NCBI RefSeq assembly: GCF_964204645.1
Contig: NC_134031.1
Span: 9,610,001-9,674,000, forward strand
Source of the DNA: Tubulanus polymorphus
Taxonomy: Eukaryota; Animalia; Nemertea
Length of the DNA stretch: 64,000 nt
Direction of reading: 5' to 3'
The notes beneath the pieces were generated by a model, which worked only from the letters and a program-made list of their open reading frames with translations, was not told where the DNA came from and did no database searches. Of this stretch, positions 52,224 to 61,929 are shown in pieces (positions within the stretch are counted from its first letter, which is position 1; every line of letters begins with the position of its first letter). The translations under genes and the position numbers were made by a program.

Positions 52224-53330
52224 AACAAGAGCCCCAAGGGGCACAATGGCCAGCCTGTCAGATTTGCTTTTTATAAATGATGTAATCTGTGGGTTATATT
52301 TATCAATATACACTCCCTGCTCAATATCATTTACATAGTAAAATCGTGTGTTAACACAGACAGCAGGAACGAATGTAATATAGAAATACTAAGTTATTGT
52401 ATTGTTCAACGCCCCCTGGTGGCCATAAAAAAAAACAATGAGCTTGAAACTCACCTCGATCATAGAACATGTCATGAGCTACAACTTTCCAATTGATTAT
52501 AGTAGCAAAATATGCTTAAGTATCAATTATGATGTGGAAAAACTTTTTTCCACCTACGAATGAGTACTGATGACCCCAAGATGGCGGCCAAGTGCGTCAT
52601 AATTGCCTGGTCAAAAATACCCTCTCGGATATAAAAGATCCCTTTCCAAAGAATACCCATTACAAATTGCAATGAAACATGGCGCACCATTAGAAAGCTA
52701 CAGTACTCAGAATTCAGGCCAAAATTGACATTTGTGGGAACAAAAAAGGTCACAGTACGGCCATCTTGAGTCCGATCGACTCAATTTTTCTCATGCCGAT
52801 GGGCCCTCGGGGGATACAAATATATACGAATGATCAAGGTTATTGATAAAAGCGTCTTCAAAATTTCCCTCGAAAACTTCAAAAATGTGTAAAAAGTGCA
52901 GATTTTGGCGAACAACAATGGCTGCCAGTCGGCCATCTTGAATCTGACAGGGCCAGTTCTTGGCCTGAAGATGTGTCTAGTGTAGATACACGTATAAAAC
53001 AAATATCAAGACATTACCTTGAAGCGTCTTCAAAACTTTGGAACTCTCACGAACTATCTAAATGGTTATCTCTCGACCTCAATAGCTTCAAGACCCATCT
53101 CAAAACAACTTTGTTCCATGCAGCATACCATTAACTCTCGGAAAGCGAATTGTATTTAACATTTTTTGGCAGAATAAAATTTGATTGAATTTGCAATTCG
53201 GGCACATGGCTAATTAGCATATCAAGGTCACACACCCGATTTGGTAAAACCTTTTTTCGCGAACCTTGCGCAATTGTCAAGGATGAATTTTCTGTAGAGC
53301 AAATAAAAATTCCTCCCAAACACCAAAACA
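52224..53330 (+). mobile_element. Non-autonomous repeat insertion replacing ~3.2 kb of the Polinton
   Basis: Same family as 40163-40660; higher GC; Polinton coding resumes at 53331 (QDKVKDG). Confidence 0.75.
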
Positions 53331-53553
53331 CAAGATAAAGTTAAAGATGGTGTAAAGAAATTAGCAAAATATTTATGGGAACTATCTAAAAAATCTGCTG
53401 CAGCTTTACCAGGAATTATTGCATCAATTGTTGGTTTTATATTGAAATCTGCTGGGAATATTCTTAACTTTGCTGCTGAACATATTATTTTATTTTTAAT
53501 TACATTTGTAAGTGCTATTATGTTTGGGTTAGTAAACAAAATCAAAAATAAAT
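53331..53553 (+). pseudogene. C-terminal end of the Polinton coiled-coil/amphipathic gene
   Basis: QDKVKDGVKKLAKYLWELSKKSAAALPGIIASIVGFILKSAGNILNFAAEHIILFLITFV, matching ORF 10787-11869. Confidence 0.8.
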
Positions 53554-53571
53554 AATTTTTTTGTAAAATAA

Positions 53572-54817
53572 ATGAGTGGGAGTTATATGAATCCTTCTAA
53601 GAATCATAGAATATCTAATGCTATTAAAGCAGAAAGATCTCATCATATAATTAGTCATAACCCTTCAAATATTAATCCCGATGAAACTTTATATGTTAGA
53701 ATCCCTAGATTAACACAAAATACTTTTTATGTTCCAAATAGAATTTATTTAGCAGCCGATATAAAAGTAACTGGTAATAATAATAATTAGTTGTTGATAA
53801 TATTGGAAGATATTTGATTAAAAAATTAACTATAAAGATCGGTCCAGAAACAGTTTTCTCATTAGATGATTATAATTTATTTATGCATTATAAAGATTTA
53901 TGGTTAACTAAAGAAAATAGAAATAATATGATATTTCAAGGAATCCAATCAGAAAACCAAAATAAATTAAGATCTGAAGCCAATAATGCAGTAGTAGCTA
54001 ATGACGTAGATAATTTGATTAAAAAGATTTATGGAAGCAAATATAAAATTCCATTAGACTTTGAATTGATAAATAATAATGCACCTTTATATAATATGCA
54101 ATTCAAGAAGATATTATATTTGAGATAACATTTGCTCCTGTAAATGAAATTGTATTATCTAACGTTGTTAAAGATATGGATTATAAATTATCGAATATAT
54201 GTTTAGAATATGATACAGTAACTAATGAAAATATTGCTAACACAATTCAAACTCAATACAATCAAGGATTTTCATTATTATATGATTATATTGATAAATT
54301 TAAAACTGTAACTATAAATGCAAATGATGAAATAATTAATGAGAATATTAACTTCCCAAGAAGATCTATTAAAGGTATATTAATATTTTTTACTTTTGCA
54401 ACATATACTAATGGAGCAATAAAGGTAGATAAATATTATAATCCTGAAATAACAAAAGTAGAAATAACTATCGAAAGAATAGCAAATAAAGTATTTTGTC
54501 AAGGAATGAGAATGATAGATCAATGGCCAGAAATTAGAAAACATTTTATGAATGAAAAAGTAAACTCATCTGAAAATTGTAATATTAATCAAATTGATTA
54601 TTATGCCGGTAATAAATATGTATTATGGTTAGATTTTAGAACAACAGAGGATAATTCATCACATAGTTCTGGGAAAAAACTACAGAACACTAAAGACGGA
54701 ATACAATTATTCATGAAAAAGAAAAAAGGAAGCTTAGATTTTAAAATGCACATTTATATTATATCTGACCCACAATTAAATATTGTAAATTCACATTTAG
54801 ATAGTATTCAATATTAG
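53572..54817 (+). pseudogene. Major capsid protein (putative double jelly-roll, ~415 aa)
   Basis: Beta-rich ~415-codon gene next to INT/ATPase (NPSNINPDETLYVRIP...LEYDTV...LWLDFR...MHIYIISD); one stop and one frameshift; three copies in the window. Confidence 0.8.
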
Positions 54818-54847
54818 AAATATAAAGTTAAAATTAACGATATATAA

Positions 54848-55869
54848 ATGGGCGGTAAAAAACTCCTTATACTAAAGAACAATATTTAAGAAATTTATAT
54901 TACAACCCTGAGAGTTCAGTTGCTTATTCTACCAAAAATATATGGCGTCAAGTAAAACAAGATAAATTAGATAAGATAATGCCACAAAATTTAGTTAAAT
55001 ATAAAGATATAAATGAATTTATGTTTGAACAACCAACATATACAACACATAAAAAAATTGCTAGAAAATATAAAACTCGTAAAACTATGGTAAGTTATGT
55101 AGATCAACAGTGGCAACTAGATTTAATTGATATGAAAAATGTTAAGAAAGATAATGATGATTATTGGTGGATATTGAATATAATTGATATTTTTAGTCGT
55201 TATGTATGGAGTTTCCCACTTTATAGAAAATATGCTGCACAAACATCAAATGTTTTAAGAAAATTTCTTTCGGATGATAAACTTAAACCAGAAAAAAATA
55301 CAATTTGATGATGGAAAAGAATTTGATAATTCACTTGTTCTTGAACTCTTAGACAATCATAATATTGAATATTTTTCAACAAAATCGGATAAAAAAGCAG
55401 CAGTTGTTGAACGATTTAATAGAACATTAAAAACAAGAATGTGGAAACCTATTGATGCTAGAAAACCTGAAAATGCTGAAATTGTTTGGAATATGGGGCA
55501 TTTCTTGTAGATGATTTTGGTGAACCTAAATTTAAAGTTGGTCAAAATGTTAGAATTTCTAAGTATAAAAAGATATTTGACAAGGGATACGATCGAAATT
55601 TTACTAGAGAAATATATAAAATAAAAAAGGTAATAACAACAAAACCATATGTCTATAAATTAGAAGATTTAAATGGTGAAGAAGTTGATGGGTATTTTTA
55701 TGAAGAAGAATTGAGTTTAACTACTGAAAATCTAGAACAAGAATATAAAATTGAAAAAGTATTAAAAACAAAAACTGTTAAAAGAAAAAAATATTCTTTA
55801 GTAAAATGGGTTGGATGGCCAGATAAATTCAGTGAATGGATATTATCAAGTAAAATTAAAAATATATAA
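54848..55869 (+). pseudogene. Integrase with chromodomain
   Basis: WQLDLIDM / IQFDDGKEF / VVERFNRTLK; YKIEKVLK...LVKWVGWPDKFSEWI; frameshifts and an internal deletion after RMWK. Confidence 0.93.
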
Positions 55870-56476
55870 ATGAATAAGGAATTATCTATATTTGAACCTC
55901 ATAATATGTTAATTTCTGGCGTAACAAATTGTGGAAAAACTTATTTTATATTAAATTTATAAGAAACTGTTTATAAAAACTATTTTGATAATATAGTATT
56001 ATTTTGTCCAACATATGAATTTAATCAAACTTATGATAGAAATATTACTAGAAATAATAAATTTATTATATTAGATCCTAAAACAGTAAAAGAAAATTTA
56101 GATAATTGTATAAAAATAGCAATTGATATATATATATAAAGGATCAAATACATTATTCATTATAGATGATTGTGCAAATTTACATGATTTAAAAATTAGA
56201 GAGAGTGAGTTATGTTACCTAGCTTTCTCTGGCAGACATTTTGGGATAACAACATGGGTTTTAAATCAAAAATATAATGTTAAAGATTTTAGAGAAAACA
56301 TTAGATTTTTAGTTTTATTCTACAATAAAGATGGAAAATCGATGAAAAATGCGCTTGAGGAAAATGATATTATTCCACATGATTTACGTAATGAATATAT
56401 AGATAAATTGAAAAATAATAAAAGATCAAAATTACTATTTAGATTACAACACCCATTTAAATATGAATTTATTTAA
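55870..56476 (+). pseudogene. A32/FtsK-like packaging ATPase
   Basis: GVTNCGKT, LFIIDDC, GRHFGITTWVLNQ. Confidence 0.92.
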
Positions 56477-56750
56477 ATTCAACTGGCTTGTTAATCTATT
56501 ACATATTTAGTTACATTCTAGTTGAATTCTAGTTATTGGTATTTGAAACAAAAATCAAATAAAATTCAACAATATTTTAACTAGCTTGTTAATCTAGTAT
56601 ATTTTTAGTTACATTCTAGTTGAATTCTAGTTATTGGTAGTTGGAACAAAATCAACTAGATTTAACAAGAAATAAATAAAAACAATAATAATTCAACTAG
56701 CTTGTTAATCTAGTTTAATTCTAGTTGAATTCTAGTTAAATTCTAGTTGC
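56476..56750. repeat. ~11-bp array (TTCTAGTTGAA) with inverted TTCAACTAG copies, downstream of the ATPase
   Basis: Three higher-order blocks containing ttctagttgaattctagtt and attcaactag. Confidence 0.8.
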
Positions 56751-56780
56751 AACATCACAACTAATTTTTTTGTTATATAA

Positions 56781-57386
56781 ATGGGAGGTGAAAAGAAAAT
56801 AAAATCTAAAAATGGTGATGTTCCAATTGAAAAAACTTTAGATGATTTAGGAATAACAGAAACAAAATTAACTCCAGATGATGGTTCTTTAAATAATGTT
56901 ACAACAAATAATAATTATGAATATTATCTTTATTGTAAACATCAATTAGAAATATTAATAGCATCTGGAAAATGTAAAAATTTTATCGGTAAAAATTTAA
57001 CTTATAATGAATTAGATACAATGAAATCAGATGAAATGATTAGATTATTTAAGATTTATGAAACCGCGAGAACAGCTAGAATTAATGATGCGATATCAGA
57101 AAATGTAGTAAAAGGTTATAGTAAATTATGTAATTATATGCTGCCAATTCAAGATGAAAATAGATTATATGCTGATTTAAAAAATGATTATTTAGTTATG
57201 ACTGAATTAAATAAATGGATTGGATATTTATCATTTCAATTAGGCGGATTTATGACATTATTATCAACTGGAGTTATAACATTTTCAAATATTGAAAGTA
57301 AAAATATTGGTATAATAAATGAGCGAAGTGGAAGAAGTGAAGGAATTAACTGTGAAGAAAAAACCGAGAACTCAGAAACAAATTGA
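56781..57386 (+). CDS. Polinton hypothetical protein (201 aa, hydrophobic C-terminal helix)
   Basis: Intact ORF with T-tract + TAAATG start. Confidence 0.7.
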   Translation: MGGEKKIKSKNGDVPIEKTLDDLGITETKLTPDDGSLNNVTTNNNYEYYLYCKHQLEILIASGKCKNFIGKNLTYNELDTMKSDEMIRLFKIYETARTARINDAISENVVKGYSKLCNYMLPIQDENRLYADLKNDYLVMTELNKWIGYLSFQLGGFMTLLSTGVITFSNIESKNIGIINERSGRSEGINCEEKTENSETN

Positions 57387-57687
57387 ATGGTCTCGGCAAT
57401 TAGGAATTAAATCACAAGAATATAAAAAAGCTGTAAAAGAAAAAATAAGTAATCAAAATGTTAATAAAAATGGTGAAAATATTGTTATTTCTAGTTCTTC
57501 TAATGAAAGAATATTTGATAAATGTCTATATTTTACAATTGGATTTGTAATTGTATTCATTTTGATTGGGCGTAATTGGTATAAGAAATCAAATAAAATT
57601 CATGATATTAATAATTCTGAAACAACTGCTATTAAAAATGAAAATACTTCTGAAATTCCAAAATTGACAATAAAAAAAATGGATTAA
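57319..57687 (+). CDS. Polinton basic protein with one TM helix
   Basis: KKKPRTQKQIEWSRQLG; TM CLYFTIGFVIVFILIG. Confidence 0.7.
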   Translation: MSEVEEVKELTVKKKPRTQKQIEWSRQLGIKSQEYKKAVKEKISNQNVNKNGENIVISSSSNERIFDKCLYFTIGFVIVFILIGRNWYKKSNKIHDINNSETTAIKNENTSEIPKLTIKKMD

Positions 57688-57837
57688 TATTTTAGAAAAA
57701 AAGCAAAAAAAATAATTTTTTTAAATTAATTGAATATCTCACTACTTTTGTCTATCTATGCGGAGCAATTAAATTGTCCAGATAAGTCATTTTGGATTCT
57801 AGATATTCATTATTTTTATTAATTTATTTTTTTTAAT

Positions 57838-58157
57838 TTAACCAACAATTTCTAAATCATGATGGCCATCTTCATCTTTTCCATGATAGATTATTTTAAA
57901 TCCTTCTAAATCTTTCAATTCCTCTGTACTCAATGAAACCCATATATTAGGTAAAAATACTTTAAATTCTGGCGATGTACTAACATTGCAGTAGCTTAAA
58001 TTAGCTGATACTTTCTATCCATATTTAGTTTTTATCTTTTCTAATTTCAATATTTTATGTTCAATTTCTTTTGTAACATCAACTAACTTTCAAATTGTTT
58101 TTTTGCTGGTTTTATTCTGTTATTTATTGTTGCTAAGAATGCTTTTCTATCTCCCAT
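57838..58157 (-). pseudogene. Small Polinton protein, putative OB-fold ssDNA-binding, starting inside the right TIR
   Basis: Manual translation MGDRKAFLA...KLVDV...KIKTKYG...FKVFLP...IIYHGKDEDGHHDLEIVG; homologous to 59874-60213. Confidence 0.55.
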
Positions 58158-58488
58158 TTATAAGGAAAAAAATTACTTGTGGTGATGAGTAGGGATTACT
58201 TCCCCTTGTATATAACAAGCGCGCTATTAACCGTTCTCACCCAAGCCTCACAGCATCTATTTATCCGAGCACAGCTGACACGCAATCACTGTACTACAGT
58301 AATAGCACACGCGTTAATAACCGTTCTCAGTAGCGACTCACTGTATCGATCTATCCACGCGCAGCTGTTGTTACACGCACTCACTGTATATGTGTGTCAC
58401 AACGCTGTTGACCGTTCTCGGCCTAGCTGTGATGAGTGGTGTCCCGACCTCTCGACCTCTGGTATGAAAACGCCTTTTCCTAATTACT
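58150..58488 (-). repeat. Right terminal inverted repeat
   Basis: Reverse complement of 44050-44387. Confidence 0.97.
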
Positions 58489-58787
58489 TATACGAAGCTC
58501 GCAATTTGTTTTTGAACCTTCTCTCTGTAAAGACGTATGTTTTGCTTCCCTCTTGGGCCGAACAAATTCTACGCCCATAAGTGACCAGGAAGGCAGCATT
58601 TTCTTTTTATAGGGGTCAGGGTTTAATTCGACTTTTCTTTTAATAATGTTCCTGGATCTATTTCGTGACCTGGAACTATTTTCCACTGAAGGATCCTTGG
58701 ATACAAATAATGAGTGTTAAGTTTTGGGGTGTTGATTGAGCTGGTTAGTCGCAACACAGAAAAAAAATCTGCACGACTTTCGTTCAC

Positions 58788-58892
58788 TTTTAGCTCCGCT
58801 GAGACCGAGGTCAGCGGAGCTGAAGTGTTAGGGGATGGGCCATTGTCATCCGTCTGTCCGTCCGCCCGTCCGTCAACTTTCACTTTAAATCT
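58788..58892 (+). mobile_element. Helentron/DINE-like element end
   Basis: TTTTAGCTCCGCTGA-loop-TCAGCGGAGCT hairpin followed by (GTCC)-type microsatellite. Confidence 0.7.
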
Positions 58893-58893
58893 C

Positions 58894-59345
58894 AGTAATT
58901 AGAGGTTGTTTCATACCAGAGGTCGAAAGGTCGAGTGAATAAAAACACAAATATAAGTAATTTTAATTCCAAACTATAATATATTTTCATAGTCGTGTGT
59001 ATAGATGCAAATAATCTATATGGTTTGGCAATGATGGAACCACAACCTTATGGAGTATTTGAAATATCTGAAATTTTACAAATGATAAATTTGATTGGAA
59101 GAAAAGAATTCTAGACATTAGATATTGCAGATGATTCAGATACTGGATACTTCTTCGTTGTAGATTTAGAATACCCTGAACATATTAAACTTACATCTAG
59201 AAATCTATCATACTGTCCCGAACATAAAACTGTTACACATGAAGAACAAACAAATTATCAAAAAATGATTAAACCTGACAATCATATTAATACAGAAAAG
59301 TTAATGCTGACCCAGGAAGATAAATATGATTATGTAGTACAAGTT
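58894..59345 (+). mobile_element. Polinton terminus joined to a PolB fragment
   Basis: AGTAATTAGAGG...TCATACCAGAGGTCGAAAGGTCGAG, then IDANNLYGLAMMEPQPYG...GYFFVVDLEYP. Confidence 0.8.
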
Positions 59346-59648
59346 CCTAAAGTGCTCAGAAACGTCCAAATCACGACGAATTTTATGAAAAGACGGAATC
59401 CTTTTCGAGAATCCTTTTCGTCAGTCCGTTTTTCTGTATGATACCATCCGGTTCCAAAATCGAATTAGGCAAAAATAACGCTGAAATTTACAGGGAAGCC
59501 AGCCCATATCAGCATATAGAAAAGACAAAAGCGTAAGAGGGTTCATTCGTAAGTAGTTTCGACATGCTCTATTTTGTACTCGATCAATTTTCATCGAGTC
59601 TCTAAATCCCCATACTTCTACACTACAATTTAGAATTTGATCGACTCC

Positions 59649-61332
59649 AGTAATAGGGTATACGTCTTTTCATACCAGAGGTCGAAAGGTCGAGTTCATA
59701 AAAAATAAATTCTCGCATGCTCGAATTTATTTATTATTTTTTAATCACTCAACCTTTAAACCTCTGATATGAAACAACATATACCCTTTTACTCGAATAT
59801 TTATATATATGAACATTATATAAATGAATATTATATTAATGAAACCAATTTTAATAAAAAATATGTATAATAAATGGAGAGTAAGCAAATACACAGTGAA
59901 TTTCTAGCTAGAATTAAAGATACCACAAATGTCAAATCTGTAGATTATAAATTCAAAAAGTTAACAGAATTAACATTACATAAGAAATATTTTATTACAA
60001 ATATTGAAACAATTACTAATAGATATGGTAATAAATCAGTTATTCACTTAGAATATGAAGGATTAAAAGGTAATAAATATAAATTCAGAACATATTTACC
60101 AGATAGATTTCATAGATTATCTAGTGAAGATCTAGAAGAAGTGTTCTGGTGATTTCTATTTCATATATAAGGGTAAGAATGAAAAAGGGCACCATGATAT
60201 AGATTTTGAATAAGGATATGCTAAATAAATGGTAGAATTAAAAGAATATAGAATATATGTTGATTCTAGAAAAACTTACAAATTATAAATCTCATAATTT
60301 ACTAGTACAATTAGATAGAAAATTTAAGAATTGTGTAGATTTAAAATTATTAAATATATGTTTATGTAATTCTTTTCGAATAAAAGTCTTGATCATTAAG
60401 CTTTTAAAATTTATATTAGAAATTTGAATAAATGGTTTCATCTTTTTCTAAAACCAAGATTAATTTAGAATCATTAGCGCAAGAAATTACTAAAAGAGCT
60501 CGTTTAAAAATGAGCGCATCTAGTAATTTTAAATTAAATTTAATAGAAGTGATAGTTCGAATAAAATAAGAATAAAAGTAGGCAATGAACAACATAGATT
60601 TCTAGTAAGAAAACCTTTCGCTAAACTGTTTGGAATTCATCCAGATAAAGATTATTTAAATATTGATACTTATACAAATATAATACCTTATACACACTTT
60701 TGTATTTATTGCAATTTAATTGATCCTACAAAAAACATTCGAAGCAAATAAAGTTGCAATTTGTAATTCTAGTTTATTGAATATTTTACCATCAAAAAAT
60801 GTTAAAGAATTTGGAACACAAATAAATCATAATTTAGCTGAATGTGATTTTAAACCTTGTATTCCACAATTTAATAATTTTAAATTAGAAGAAAGAAATC
60901 ATAATGGATACCTTATTGATTTAAATAACTTTCCTGTAATTTATGAATTAGTTATAAGATGTAAAGAGTAATTTTTTTAAATGTATAAATATGAATATAA
61001 CAGTAGGACAGAGTATATGTTTTGGATTTGATTTTAAACGTGAAAAAGAAATGATATTCGATATTAATAATGTTATATCACATATAAAAAATATTGCATT
61101 TTTGATGAAACAACATTTGATTATTAAACAACAATAAATAAAGAAACTTATAATGTAGAAAAGATTACTGATTTAATTAGAAATTCTTTTACGATTTTAT
61201 GAATTAGATGAAGATTTTATTATTGATGATATTAAAAAAATGATAACTGAACTATATGAAAATGAAACGAATAATGATATAAATGTTGAAACAATTATAA
61301 CTAAGACAACTAATTATTTTGAAGATAATTAA
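59649..61332 (+). mobile_element. Partial Polinton: fold-back terminus (59649-59793), SSB-like gene (59874-60213), penton (60229-60971), hypothetical gene (60991-61332)
   Basis: AGTAATAGGGTATA...ATACCCTTTTACT; homology to 57838-58157, 50643-51316 and 51333-51689. Confidence 0.82.
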
Positions 61333-61349
61333 TTACACACAATCTAAAT

Positions 61350-61772
61350 TACTGAGTGAAGACATTTGACTAGTAATTAATTATCTAAAAACATTGAGAA
61401 TAAATCCTGACCCGTGTTCGAATTAAGGGAGGGCTGTTGAGTTTTGATGAAAAGTGCTTCATCAATTTTGCAATCTAAATCAGAGGAACCTTTATCTAAA
61501 ATTTTGAAATTCTTTTCGCTAAACGAGACCTGACAGTAACGGCAACTTGACAGATGTTGGCCAATTGCTGAAGTCTTAGGTTTGTTTATAGAAAAGCTTC
61601 TAATACTGGATTACTTTTGAACTTTAATGCAATGTCCTTACAAATGGAAAACTGGTCTTATCAACACGATTTTTTTTTCGTGCATACAATATATGCAGCA
61701 ATTGGAACATTCTTACGGAAGAATTTGATTTTCTAAAGAAATTATTCAAACTTAATGGTTATCCTAGCCATG
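61350..61772 (-). mobile_element. Penelope-like GIY-YIG C-terminal fragment
   Basis: Minus-strand translation SAIGQHLSSC...NFKILDKGSSDLDCKIDEALFIKTQQPSLN. Confidence 0.6.
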
Positions 61773-61774
61773 TT

Positions 61775-61929
61775 AGTAATTGGAAAATGTGGGTTTCAGA
61801 TCAGAGGACGAGAGGTCGACACATCACTCATCACCGCGAGGCACTAACGAAGACGGTCGGAAACGTTGTGCTATTACAGTAGTACAGTGATTGTGTATCA
61901 GCTGCGCTCGGTTAGATTGATGCGGCAGG
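61775..61929 (+). repeat. Truncated Polinton TIR related to the 44050 family
   Basis: AGTAATTGGAAAATG...AGAGGACGAGAGGTCGACACATCACTCATCAC...GTAGTACAGTGATTG aligns with the 44050 TIR. Confidence 0.75.

Larger units (their letters stand above)
44050..58488 (+). mobile_element. Polinton/Maverick endogenous DNA virus with both ends intact (internally deleted and decayed)
   Basis: TIRs 44050-44387 / 58150-58488; AG...CT termini; 6-bp TSD TATACG at 44044-44049 and 58489-58494; PolB, penton, MCP, INT and ATPase genes. Confidence 0.97.

Noticed and set aside
44050-58488. Bacterial prophage or contaminant
   Set aside because: TSD-flanked insertion in intron-like eukaryotic DNA, chromodomain integrase, nested eukaryotic repeats and neutral decay.
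58179-58580. 133-aa ORF and its mirrors at 43973-44478
   Set aside because: Chance read-through of the GC-richer TIR; runs out of the element into flanking DNA; no motifs.
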